DNA of 64,000 nt from the human T2T-CHM13v2.0 reference genome, Homo sapiens: the NCBI RefSeq assembly GCF_009914755.1, contig NC_060931.1; one strand, 5' to 3'. Made by a program: the position numbers and the translations under genes. Shown piece after piece: positions 1 through 22,925 of the stretch. Under the pieces are notes generated by a model. That model was not told the origin of the DNA. It ran no database searches and saw only the letters and a program-made list of their open reading frames with translations. Position 1 is the first letter of the stretch. The number at the start of each line of letters is the position of its first letter.

Positions 1-226
1 AGTTTAAAAACTTTGCACATGCTACAGCACCAGAAACACAGCTTCTTAAAGCAGCCCCAAGAACGAATAAAGCAAACAGGAAGAACTTGATTTTAAAACT
101 GCAACGAATTTTATTTTAATTTTACTTGGATGCAATAGCCAGAGAACTTTGCTAAATTCTGAATAGTAAAGATCACCCATAACTTCACCATACAATTTCA
201 GAAAGATACACTGTGTATGTAAATAC

Positions 227-320
227 CATGACCATCCAGAAATTTTCTTCTGGTTCATTAAAGAACTGTCTGTTCTTCTGCGTATGTAAAGATTTTGCAG
301 GTTTTGATGGGCTAAAGGTC
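227..320 (-). pseudogene. CCZ1P1: CCZ1-copy exon 3 (94 nt)
   Basis: tttgtag|GACCTTTAGC...GTCATG|gtattt; encodes (R)TFSPSKPAKSLHTQKNRQFFNEPEENFWMVM. Confidence 0.92.
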
Positions 321-383
321 CTACAAAGGTTAAAAAAATATGTTTGGGACAATTCTCCAGCAGCAGTTTTAAGAATTCACTGA

Positions 384-821
<438 letters not shown>

Positions 822-1481
822 CTGAAACATGAGGAAACAGAAGCACATCATGAATAGAAACATTTCATCTTAGCTATTGAAAACGCTAAGTTCAGTGTCG
901 ACCTCTTGTGTCGCACATGCTAATGACAAAACCAAAGAAAAACCGGTTTTAGAAAAACAGGAATTGTAATCCTAGCACTTTGAGAGGCCGAGGTGAGAGG
1001 ATCACCTGAGCTCAGGAGTTCAAGACCAGCCTGGGCAACACCGTGAGACCTCGTCTCTATTTAAAATAATAACAGGAATTATCTCATCATTGTGCAAATA
1101 CTGCCCAACAGTCAGAAGGCAATTTCGATAGTCAATAAGTCACATCTGAAGTAGCACCAGGTAATTTTTATGAAAACTCAAGTCTCCATATTTCTTTCCT
1201 AGAGCTAATCTGTAATACACCAATGCTTGTAAGAAATAAAGGTTTGCACATCTGCAGACACATAGCTCCCTGAAAATTAAATCCAGCCAGTTCCCAAGCA
1301 TTTGAACTGACGAGTTTTTTTTTTTTTTCTTTTTCTGGAGATGGGGTCTCTGTCACCCAGGCTGTAGTGCAGTGGCCCAATTACAGCTCACCTGCAGCCT
1401 CAATCACAAGCGATCCTCTGGCCTCAGCCTCCTGAGTAGCTGGAAATACAGGTGCGTGCCACCACACCTGGCTCATTTTTC

Positions 1482-1512
<31 letters not shown>

Positions 1513-1722
1513 GGTAGAGTCGGGGGTCTTGCTTTGTTGCCCAGGCTGGTCTGGAACTCCTGGCTCCAAGTAATCCTCCCATCTCGGCCTCCTAAAGTGC
1601 TGGGATTACAGGCGTGAGTTACAGCGCCCAGCCTGGACAGTCTTTAAAAGAACTCTGACTTGCTGGTAACGAAACACAGCTCCGGACATCCTTTGAGAAA
1701 GTCGCCGTCCCCACCTCAGAAA

Positions 1723-1818
1723 ACACACACACACACACACGTGTCCCGGAACTTACACACACACACACGTGTCCCGTAACTAACTTACACACACACACAC
1801 ACACGTGTCCCGGAACTA
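1723..1818. repeat. Compound microsatellite, 3 x [(CA)n-GTGTCCCG(G/T)AACT]
   Basis: Directly visible; CACGTG at 1738, 1766 and 1802. Confidence 0.85.
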
Positions 1819-2049
1819 ATTTTCCTCATTTAGGTGAAAACTTTTACAGGGTCCTCCAGGCTTGCATCATTTGAAGGCTAGCGTCTGCCACTCTGCTTCC
1901 ACGCTTCTAGTTGGGGACTACCCACTTAACAAAGCCAAGTTCAATTTTAATTTCCCAGAACTGACGCAACGCAAAGCGCAAAGAGACTGAACCTGGGGTG
2001 TGGAGTGATACAGACCTGACGGGGCTTTATTCCATAGACAGACATCGAC

Positions 2050-2600
2050 CCAGGACCTGAAGCGGTCCCTGCCTGCTGTCAGGTCCCCGCCGCAGCCCCC
2101 GGCCCGGGCTCAGCACCTGGCACAACGCAGGCTAGGTCAGTGCCGCTCGAGGTGGGCAGAACCACAGGGCCGCCGCCCCTGGGGGGCACCGACGCCGCCC
2201 GCTCACGCGCCGCCCCCTCCGCATACCTCTCCTTCCCGCGGCCAGAAGCGCGGGTTGTAGATGAAGAAACTCAGCAGCGCCGGCAGGAACTGCTTCTCCT
2301 GGGCCGCCGAGGGCCCGCTCCCAGCCCCGGCCGCCGCTGCAGCCATCCCGGCCGGGTCCCCACCTCGGGAGCCTCCCACAGCCAGCCCAGAGAAAGCAGC
2401 CACCTGCTAGAACACCGCACTTCCGCCTCCCTCGCCACCACCCCGGAAGCGCTCGCCGCCGACCAGGAAGAAGAACCCGCCTCGCAGCGTCCTCTTCTGG
2501 CACCCCAGGGTGGCCTTGTTGTCTGTTTCCCGGCCGAGTTTGTGTTTTGCTGGCTCGCGGAGTTTTCTCCTGGCTACGGGCGAGGGTTGCGCGTTTCAGG
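2050..2600 (-). promoter_or_regulatory. CpG-island promoter of the CCZ1 copy
   Basis: High GC and CpG density around exon 1; ETS-type motifs ACTTCCG (~2419) and CCGGAAG (~2443). Confidence 0.85.
2227..2346 (-). pseudogene. CCZ1P1: CCZ1-copy exon 1 coding part (120 nt, 40 codons)
   Basis: ATG at 2346-2344; donor GAG|gtatgc at 2227/2226. Confidence 0.92.
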
Positions 2601-3098
2601 AAAAACTGAGTGGGGCACTGTTTGTTTGTTTGTTTGTTTTTTGATAGGATCTCAGTTTGTCATCCAGTCTGGAGTGTAGCGGCGGGATCTCAGCTCACTG
2701 CAGCCTCAACCTCTGGGACTCAAGCCATCCCCCTGCCTCAGCCTCCCAAGTAGCTAGGATTACAGGGCGCGCCATCAAGGCCAGTTTTATTTTTTGTAGA
2801 GGTGGGGTCTGTGTTGCCCAGGCTGCTCTCGAACTCCTGGCTTCACATGGTCTCCCATTTCGACCTCCCAAAGTGCTCCGATTATAGGCGTGAGACACCA
2901 CCGCCCAACCTGTTGTTGTTTTGGTGGTATTGTTTTTAATTTAATTTAGAGACAGGATCTCGCTTTGTCACCCGGGTTGGAGTGCAGTGGTGCCATCATA
3001 GCTCACTGCAGCCTCAACTCCCAGGCTCAAGCGATCTTCCCACCTCAGCCTGAGTAGCTGAGACCACATGCATGCACCACCATGCCCAGATAATTAAA

Positions 3099-3166
<68 letters not shown>

Positions 3167-3170
3167 AGAG
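3099..3170. repeat. (TA)n(GA)n microsatellite in the linker of an Alu
   Basis: Directly visible between the two arms of the Alu spanning ~2946-3812. Confidence 0.9.
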
Positions 3171-3242
3171 AGTAGAGACAGGGTCTCACTTTGTTGCCCC
3201 AGCTGGTCTCGAACTCTTGGCATCAAGGGATCCTCCTGCCTC

Positions 3243-4074
<832 letters not shown>

Positions 4075-4460
4075 TGATCCACTGGCCTTGGGCTCTCCAA
4101 GTGCTGGGATTATAGGCATAAGCCCCTGTGCCATGGCAGTTTTTTTGTAGAAGGAAATGTAAAGACACAAAGGAAGCCTCATTTAGAAAGAAACAAGGCT
4201 GGGCACGGTGGCTCATGCCTGTAATCCCAGCACTTTGGGAGGCCAAGGTGGGTGAATCACTTGAGGCCTGGAGTTCCAGACCAGCCCCGTCTCTACTAAA
4301 ATACAAAAAACTAGCCAGGCGTGGTGGCACATGCCTGTGGTTCCAGCTACTTGGGAGGCTTGAGGCAGGAGAATTACTTGAACCCAGTAGGTGGAGGTTG
4401 CAGTGAGCCAAGATTGCACCACTACACTCCAGCCTGGGCAACACAGCAAGACCCTGTCTC

Positions 4461-4491
<31 letters not shown>

Positions 4492-5176
4492 CACATTTCT
4501 GTTTGGCCCATTAGCATAATCTACAGAGTCCTTGTTTGAGAGACCTCAAGTGACCACTGGATCACCCACACCTACAAAGTTTGCCCCTTTCCCCCATTCC
4601 TTCAGCGCAGGTCTGGAGGCAGATGGGGCACTGTGTGTGCCATGGGAGCAATATCACAGGTGGCAGACTCACCAGAGTGGCTGTTCCTGGACCTTGTCGC
4701 CTGGGATTCCCTTGCCTTTGAGGTGTGTGGGTTGTGGCATAGTTGGGATGGCTCGTTACGGTTATTTGGATTCAAGCCTTGGCAGCATATGGTTTGACCA
4801 AACTCAAGAAGACTTTGGTTTAGATTGCGTCATCTGTCACATATTAAGTTTGGAAGCAGAACCACTTCCCTTATCCAGCCTGGCAGAATAGATCACATTT
4901 AGGGAAGTGATGAGTTGGAATTTGGACTGGAGACAGATCTGGGTACATATCCACTTTTGCCATTCACCGACTGCACCAATCTCCTTGCACCAAAGAAGAG
5001 ATAGAGACTCTCTCGTCTGTATCTCTTATTTGGAAAATGGCTAATAGTAAATTCCTGCCAAGTGAGAATTTCACTTGAAGAGTTAAATGGGACTATGAAT
5101 GTGCATCAAGTGCCAGCACCTAATCATTATTTCATAAACGATTGCTACTGTCCCTTGCTATTGACTTTCCCAATTA

Positions 5177-5700
<524 letters not shown>

Positions 5701-7180
5701 TCAAAGAAAAGAACATGCTTTTATGGTTTCAAAGTTAAGGATGCAAGAACGCTTAGACCTCAATGCATCTGCCTCTCCAAACACAGTCCTTGGGTGTGCA
5801 CGGATACGAGGCAGGAGTGGTAGTGATGACAGATACCCGCATAGGTTTGGAGGTCTCAGAGGAGAGGGTGTGTGTGTCTTTCTCCCTGGGGAAGCTGGGG
5901 GAGGTGGTGAGCTTTGCAGAGTTCCCCTCTGGGTCCAGCATGGCTCAGTAACAGTAGAGTAACCATGGAACAGGGGTATCTGGACGAGATATCCTTATTG
6001 TTCAGGAAGAAGCTGAATGATTTACTTGTGCATAGAAGGAATTCAGAGAAAGCCAGTGCTGAGAAGCCTCAAGGTCAGGACCAGGAGGAGGTAGCAGTGG
6101 CCCCTCAAGACCACGAGAGTAGAGAGGATTGAGGATGACTCTGTGTTCACTGTTCTGACTGAGAATACTCCAGTCCCATGTGGGGCCTCGACTCTTTCCC
6201 CCAGCCTATGGTAAGAAGGGAGAAGAGGTTGCTTAATTACCTGACATAATTAAGATTCTGACTCCCAGCACAATGGGAATTCAAATCAAGTTCAGTTACA
6301 GAAATAGAAGTTAGATGTTTTGCACAAAGAATTTGCGAACTCAAAATTCCAAGGGAATGAGCTGTGGGAAAGACACATTTTGGTGTTGGAAAGGGAGCTC
6401 AGTTCCAAGTAGAAAGTCACAGTTCCGGCCAGGCACAGTGGCTCACGTCTGCAATCCCAGCACTTTAGGAGGCCAAGGCGGGCAGATCACTTGAGGTCAG
6501 GAGATTGAGATCAGCCTGGCCAACATGGTGAAACCCCGTCTCTACTAAAAATACAAAACTTAGCTGAGCGGGGTGGCACACACCTGTATCCAAGCTACTC
6601 AGGAGGCTGAGGTGGGAGGATCACTTGAGCCTGGGGAGGTCGAGGCTGCAGTGAGCTGTGATCGCTCCCCTGTATGCCAGCCTGGGCAACAGAGCAAGAC
6701 CATGTCTCAAAAACATAATAATTTAAGGTGAATAGATTTACATTCATTGTAGAGCCCCTAGGAAAACAATGTCAAAATCTATCCCCGCCCCCCACCAAAA
6801 AAAGCTGACTTTTTGAAACCTGTGAAAACATATGCAAATGAAGTCTTTCCAGTGAATAAATTAACAGGCCAGGTGGAAACCATCCTGGTGATTCCAATTT
6901 CATCTGTCTTCTTAAGTGTTTGCAAAGTAACCGCATACCTTAACATGAGCAGAAGAGATAGAAGATAGGTTTTTGCTTGCAATTGGATTCTGGAGTGCTC
7001 ATTACATAAACTTAAACTGCAGTCATGACAGAGAATTAACTACGTACCTTGTAAACCTGTACAAATAGACAAGTATTTCCTATCTTCACTGTTTTGCTAT
7101 GCTTTGCTTATGAGCTAGAAAGAACTACTTTGTAAATACTGCTACTAAGTCTTTACTAAGTACTACTACTTAGTAATAGC

Positions 7181-7400
7181 TACTTACAAAATCCTAAAGC
7201 ATTTACTGAGTATCAGTACTTAGCAAATGACTACCTACAGAATACTAAAACATTTACTGGATAGCCGTACTTAGCAAATGACTGCTTACAAAATATGAAA
7301 GTATTTACTGTGTAGCAGTACTTAGCAAATGACTACTTACAAAATACTAACATATTTACTGAGTTGCAGTACTTAGCAAATAACTATTACAAAATACTAA
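7181..7400. repeat. 51-bp AT-rich minisatellite, ~4.3 copies, with degenerate flanks (~7125-7520)
   Basis: Units start at 7181, 7232, 7283, 7334 and 7385. The first unit reads TACTTACAAAATCCTAAAGCATTTACTGAGTATCAGTACTTAGCAAATGAC. Confidence 0.9.
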
Positions 7401-7619
7401 TTAATTAGATTTTGTGCAATTATATAGTAGTGCTAAATATTAAAATACTTAGTATTTACAAATTACTAAAGTATTTACTAATTAGTGGTACTTATAGTAT
7501 TTACAAAATCTTATAAATACTTCATCATGTACAGATGCTGAAGCAAAATACTAGATAATGTTTGAAGTATTTTAATAATTCTTATTAGTCAACAACTAAA
7601 CATTCACAAAGCTGGTTTT

Positions 7620-7690
7620 TAAATTTTTATTTTTTTATGCTAATCTCTGTATTGTTCCAATTTTAGTATACGTGCTGCCAAAGCAAACAC
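7620..7690 (-). pseudogene. 3'-truncated U6 snRNA retrocopy with A-rich tail
   Basis: The reverse complement of 7637-7690 is GTGTTTGCTTTGGCAGCACGTATACTAAAATTGGAACAATACAGAGATTAGCAT, the U6 5' half with a few substitutions and a 3-nt deletion. 14-bp TSD acaaagctggtttt at 7606-7619 and 7691-7704. Confidence 0.92.
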
Positions 7691-7998
7691 ACAAAGCTGG
7701 TTTTAAGATCATGTTCTGGCCGGGCGCGGTGACTCACGCCTGTAATCTCAGCACTTTGGGAGGCCGAGGTGGGTGGATCACCTGAGGTCAGGGGTTCAAG
7801 ACCAGTCTGGCCAACATGGTGAAACCCCATCTCTACTAAAAACACAAAAATTACCTGGGTGCGGTGGCAGGCGCCTGTAGTCCCAGGTATTTGGAAGGCT
7901 GAGGCAGGAGAATTGCCAACCCAGGAGGCGGAGGTTGCAGTGAGCCGAGATCGTGCCACTGCGCTCCAGCCTGGTGACAGAGTGAGACTCCATCTCAA

Positions 7999-8041
<43 letters not shown>

Positions 8042-8411
8042 ATCATGTTCTACCAAAATATGAACTACTCTCCCAAACTATAAGCCAAAATTACAATTAA
8101 GTAAAAATAGTCAAAATGAAAGCCCACACTTCCAGTCCTGTTTTATAAGCAATTAGGGAAAATAATAGGATGCCTAATTTTTCAACTCTGTGACCTACGT
8201 TGCAATCTAGACCTTCATTTCTTTCTTTTTTTTTTTTTTTTTTTTTTTTAGCTAGGTTGTTGGTCTATCATCCAGACTGGAGTGCAGTGGTGCGATCACA
8301 GCTCACTGTAGACTCCAACTCCATGGGTCAAGGCATCCTCCTGAATACCTGGGACAATAGCCGCACCATCACACCCAGCTAACTTTTAAATTTCGAGATA
8401 GGATCTTGCTA

Positions 8412-8897
<486 letters not shown>

Positions 8898-9132
8898 TTA
8901 GGTAAAAATTGAGAAGGCAAGCGCAAAGATAAAGGTGGTTATATGTTTGTCAATCCCTTTTCTGGATTGTTCTAATTTTCTCTAGAGTTTTGATTTCATT
9001 TTGGGTATGTTATATTTAACATTCTCCTTCAATACATGAAAATACATACAAATGAGTCAAACAATGAATAGAAATTTTGGGAACAGAATAGCATGCCAAG
9101 CTTTCATTAATTTGAGTGTGGGACACACTCTA

Positions 9133-9507
<375 letters not shown>

Positions 9508-9771
9508 TTATTGGGCAAACTCTGCATCTCTTTTCATTTTATTTATTTTATTAATTTATTTTTGAGACAGGGTCTCGCTCTATCACCCAGATTGGAGTGT
9601 AGTGGCATGATCATGGCTCACTGTGGCCTCAACTTCCAGGCTCAAGGGATCCTCCCACCTCAGCCTCCCGAGTAGCTGGGACCACAGGTGCATGCTACCA
9701 CACCCAGCTAATTTTTAAGTTTTTTTGTAGAGACACGGTCTCCCTATGTTGTCCAGACTGGTCTTTTTTAA

Positions 9772-10134
<363 letters not shown>

Positions 10135-10526
10135 TGAACCCCACCCAGCTGCACGTTTATAAAGGCTCCAGTCTTCTCTCCCTGTTCTGTAATCCTCCCA
10201 GCTGGCAATAACTAGGATTAAAATTTTACTGCATCTCCTTTCATTCTTTTTATTGTGAGATACATGTTGAATAGGAAATTTGTATGAAATTCATGTAATG
10301 ACTAAACTCAGGTAACTTAAAAAAATTATTTTAAAATTATACTTCCCATCAAAGACTTGGAAATGCTAATTATTATTATTTTTTTTTTACAAAATGCAAA
10401 CTTAGAAAAATAACAACTAAATCAAAAAGTGCTAATTAATGAATATGCTCAAATGTGCAAAGAGGCCAGCCATGGTGGTTCATGCCTGTGATCCCTGCAC
10501 TTTGGGAGGCTCAGGTGGGAGGATCA

Positions 10527-10745
<219 letters not shown>

Positions 10746-13065
10746 CTAAAAAAATTTTTTTCTAATCCCCAGAGAGTTTTACTTGTATGAGCAGTTGAAA
10801 TAAATCCCCCCTCAACCCCACCAGAGCATACCCAGAATCCAAATAACATAATTAAACTTTGGTATGAGTAAAGACGAGATTATTAGGTTTCATGTAAGTG
10901 TACCACCTGGAAATTCTTGGGTGTTAAATAGAGATAGTGCTTCATTATTGCTGCTTATTGTCTGTTGACAGAGACTCTGAAATGAAGTCCCTAAGATCGG
11001 GTTGGAAGAATGAAAAAGTAGTGTACTGTTATTCGAAATGGACAAAAATAATTGTCCATTTGAATTGTAGTTTTGAGACAGTAAAATGAATAAAATTTAT
11101 GAATAACCAACTAAAATTCTACCTATAGAAAATCCAGCCAGGTGCAGTGGTTCATGCCTGTAATCCCAGCACTTTGGGAGGCCAAGGCGGGTGGATCACT
11201 TGAGGCCAGGAGTTTGAGACCAGCCAGGCCAAGATGGCAAAACCCCGTGTCTACAAAAAATACAAAAATTAGCTGGGCATGGTGGTACACACCTGTAATC
11301 TCAGCTCTCAGGAAGCTGAGGCAAGAGATTGCTTGAACCTGGGAGGTGGAGGTTGCATGAGCTGAGATTGCACCACTGCACTGCAGTCTGGGCAACAGAG
11401 CGAGACTCTGACTCGAAAAAAGAAAAAAAAATGTTCTGGCTATTTATCCCTTTGTATACATCTAAGCATTTTCCCTAAGACAGTCAGACCTAATAGTCTT
11501 GACCTAATCCAGTGCTAATAGTCTTGTCTTTACTCACACCAGTTTTTAACTGTGGTGTTTGGATTCGGGGAATGCTCTTGGGGCGTTTAATTCCACCTAT
11601 GAATACAAGTAAACCTCTTTGGGCACGAATTTGTTTTTGTAGAGATGGGGTCTTGCTATGTAAGACTTAATGACACAGTGTCCCCTGGTGGCTCCATATA
11701 ACCCCTTTAGTCATTTTTCCTATTCAGGTGCCCTCCTGATTGACAGAAAAGAAATAAGAGAAATTAGGCTGGACATACGGCTCATGCCTGTAATCCCAGC
11801 ACTTTCAGAGGCCGAGGAGGGAGGACTGGTTGAGACAAGGAGTTCAAAACCACCCTGGCCAACATAGTGAGACCCCCCCATCTCTATTTAAAAAAAAAAA
11901 GAGAGAGAGAGAGAAATCCATGCTCTTAACCTAGATTAGGGTGAGGTTGTCTTGGCAGCTCCAGTGGGTAATGGAGTTCTTGGTCCGTGAAAAACTCACA
12001 ACTGTGATTTAAAAAGCGTTATCATCCACGTTGTTTCTTTGAGGTGTCTATGGTGGTCAGAAGCCCCATGGAACGACAGAATCACCCATTTAGAACTGTT
12101 GATGAGATAAAGAATCCTTAGCTGGGGACGATCGGTGGAGTGAAAAGAAAATAGCAGAGCAGAATACCAGTGTACGGTGTGGCGGTGAAGGCAAACTGTG
12201 GATTGTTTTAAGAATCAAGGCTCAGCCAGGTGTGGTGGCTCACACCTGTAATCCCAGCACTTTGGGAGGCCTAGGTGGGCGGATCACCAGAGGTCAGGAG
12301 TTCGAGACCAGCCTGGCCAACATGGTGAAACCCCGTCTCTACTAAAAATACAAAACTTAGCTGAGTGTGGTGGTGCATGCCTGTAATCCCAGCTACTCAG
12401 GAGGCTGAGGCAGCAGAATCGCTTGAAACTGGGAGGCAGAGGTTGCAATGAGCTGCTGCACTCCAGCCTGGGCGACAGAGTGAGACTCTGTCTCAAAAAA
12501 CAAACAAAAACAAAAAAAGTCACTATGCTGAGAGTGATACTGTTAAAAAAAAAAAAAAAAAGTTTGTGCCTGTCACCCTAAGTCATCTTGAGGCCCCCTG
12601 CTAGTATGTGCCCCATACTTTGAGGAACTGCATTTAACATGACCCTCTAGAAAACAGAGGCTGAAAAGCCACTAAGCTGGTTAGTGTGCCAGAAGCAATC
12701 TGGAAGAGCCCCAAGGCCTCTTGTGAGCTGGAGGGTTTAGTAAAAAGTGTGAGCTTTTACACAAGCTCTCCAGAAAATGCCTCAATTGTTCCCAGGAGTC
12801 CTCAACTCGCAGGGTTAGCCTGAGAGAAGAACTTTAATGTGCCACCTGGAAACCAGCCTGGTGAGAATTTCCTGGCTTAAGAGTGCCCAGCCCTAATGAC
12901 AGCCCTGTAACAGAACCCCGGAGGCTCACCTCAAACCAAAGGCAAGGCTAGGTGTATTGGGCTTAGGTGAATCGCCTTAGAGCCAGGAAACCAGTGGCTG
13001 AGAAAGAGAAGGGGGAGGTGTCAGAGGATTGGGTGAGAGCAGGTGAGCCTCTCTGAGAGCTCGTT

Positions 13066-13098
<33 letters not shown>

Positions 13099-13190
13099 TT
13101 TTTTTGATAGCTTGTTTCTCAAAGAAGAAGAAGATGGCCAGGTATGGTGGTGCATGCCTAATTGTGGCTTGGAATCCTTTGGAAGGCCTA

Positions 13191-14103
<913 letters not shown>

Positions 14104-14169
14104 CTACAGACACGTATTCTGTTTTGTCTTGTACCTTTTGCTTTTAATTAAAAGCAAAGTGGTTTTCTA

Positions 14170-14539
<370 letters not shown>

Positions 14540-14796
14540 CTATTAATTTCAGTGTCAGAAGATTTGCTGAGAAAAATCCTAGCTTGACAATGGCATTTAT
14601 TTGTGACTCTAAAGAAACAACCAAAAACACCCTCCAAAACCTGATTTCCTTGTTTGCTCGACCATAACACCAGTGTGGCCCGCTCCAAGCTTGATGGGAC
14701 CAGAAATCCTACAAAAAGCCTTTGGTCCCAGCTTGCTTGAGTGTCGTGCTGAGGAAAAAACACGCCCACACAACAGCAGATGTTGAGAAGCCTGTC

Positions 14797-14802
14797 TTTA
14801 TT
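14797..14802 (-). terminator. OCM2: Polyadenylation signal of the oncomodulin gene
   Basis: AATAAA on the minus strand ~250 nt after the stop codon, followed by GT/T-rich downstream sequence. Confidence 0.75.
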
Positions 14803-15054
14803 GGGTGATTTTTAGAGGCATTGCCTGTTGGGGGAAGGGGGGCTTACAGAAGTTGTCAGGGCATATACCCACCACCAAGAAAGTCATGAGTGACTCTCTC
14901 GTGACCTCGCTAAAACAATGAGCAAACTGCAGAAGGTTTTCAGGGAAAATTAACAAATTAGGTAGGGATGGGATGTGGGGTTCCCCATTCCCAGGGCTTT
15001 GGAATCCTTCCAGGTGATTATCCCTTTCTCTCTTTTCTCCAGAGACTGGGGCTT

Positions 15055-20643
<5,589 letters not shown>

Positions 20644-21156
20644 TAGAATTTTTAAAATGTGATAAGCATGGTTTTGTATTAAGTGACGGGACAGAATATC
20701 CAAATTAAAACCAGATACCAAAAAGACCCCAGCCCTTTTTGTCTCAGAGCCTTCTTTTGAATATATGCCAAAAATGAAAAAAAAAAAATGACCCAAAGAA
20801 GGATTCAATTGTTTTCTTATAAAAATTATACTGACATAATCAGTCATTTGCATAGGCAGCCGTAAACCATGTTACAAATGCACTGGCATTTTCCTACAGC
20901 AGTCTGAGAGATGCACTGTTGCAAATTCCACGTGGGAAAGGATACAGTTTGGGCTGCTTGCAGACATTCTGTGGAAGAAGACATGCTACCTGTCCTGAAA
21001 GGTGGGAAGCAGATGGATGAAAAGCCCATCTCCCAGAGATTAAAATCCTTCCAGGTGTCAGAGCCATGGGAAAACAGGAGTCTAAGCACCTGAGCCTAAT
21101 ATGAATGCATGCAGTGAAGAAGAGTCTGGGGTCTGATGGGTCCACCAGTTACTCAC

Positions 21157-21220
21157 CGTTTTAGGTTTTCCCCCAGGAAGAATCAGGAAAAAGAGTTGAA
21201 GGAGCAAAACAACAGATGTG
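21157..21220 (-). other. OCM2: Probable non-coding first exon of the oncomodulin gene
   Basis: Consensus donor AAAACG|gtgagt at 21157/21156, ~90 nt downstream of a TATA box. Parvalbumin-family genes have an untranslated exon 1. The start coordinate is estimated. Confidence 0.65.
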
Positions 21221-21244
21221 CTTTTGCTACCTTACTGACCTACC

Positions 21245-21251
21245 TTATATA
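21245..21251 (-). promoter_or_regulatory. OCM2: TATA box of the oncomodulin promoter
   Basis: TATATAA(GG) on the minus strand, within repeat-free DNA (~20650-21880). Confidence 0.65.
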
Positions 21252-22274
21252 GGCTAGAAAAAGTGATAGTTACAACCTCTTAGATTTCCTTTTCAAGGAT
21301 CAAGTGGATGCAGCTCAAATGTCTTGTCCTACTCAGGAAACCTCTTTTTTTTTTCTATTTATGTCTCAAGGGAATGTGGGTGGGAATAGCCAATTGTAAA
21401 AACAACAACAACAACAACAACCTCAACAAACCTTAACTAAGGTTTCAATTCTGCAAACGAACCCTGTTGGCAAAGTGTGGAGAAGGTTCTAGAGCCTGAT
21501 AAGCTGGAGATGGTGGCCTGAACTAAGACAAACACATACAGGGTGCTCTGTAAGCTGAAAAGCTCCCCAGATGTTAGCAGGTACCGTTGGAGGCAGGCCT
21601 GTTTTCAGCTTTGGGAACTATGGATGTGTAAGGCTGACCTCAATCTGGAGTTGAAGACTCAAAGCCATTGTCACCAAGTGCACACACAGGACTCGTCCGG
21701 CACAGGAGACAGGGCTAAGTGACGTGATTTTCCTACAAAACTCTTGACTTTTACGTTTCCCAGCTATACCATAAATTGCACACACTCAAAAGGCAAAAAG
21801 GAGGAAATCAAACCAGCATCCCCAACCCCCAAAACTAACAAGTTCAGAAACAAATACTCTGAGGCTGAGGCCAGGACTAGACACCTCAAGATTTTGTTTC
21901 TGTTGTGACAGGGTCTTGCTCTGTTGCCCCGACTGGAGTGCAGTGGCACAATCTCAGCTCATTGCAGCCTTGACCTCCAGGCTCAAGCGATCCTCCCACC
22001 TCAGTCTCCCGAGTAGCTGGTACTACAGGCACACACCACCATGCCTGGCTAATTTTTTTAATATACATATGTTTTGGAGAGACAGGGTTTTGCCATGTTG
22101 CCTAGGCTGGTCTTGAACTCCTGGGCTCGAGTAATTCTCCCACCTCAGCCTCCCAAAGTGCTGGGATTACATGTGTGAACCACCACTCCTGGCCTTTTTT
22201 TTTTTTTTAATTTTCAGCAAACATTTATTGAGGCTTTATATGGCCAGCACTGTGCTAGACTCTTCTTTTTAATT

Positions 22275-22925
<651 letters not shown>

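Noticed and set aside
2140-2679. 179-aa plus-strand ORF over the CpG island
   Set aside because: Antisense to CCZ1 exon 1 in GC-rich, stop-poor DNA, with no recognisable domain.
10860-12640. Possible old DNA-transposon fragments between Alus
   Set aside because: Only a weak hAT-like terminus near 12630; not enough to call.
21260-21880. LTR-derived oncomodulin promoter, as described in rat
   Set aside because: No LTR is recognisable next to the TATA box; the nearest clear upstream LTR is ~16 kb away.
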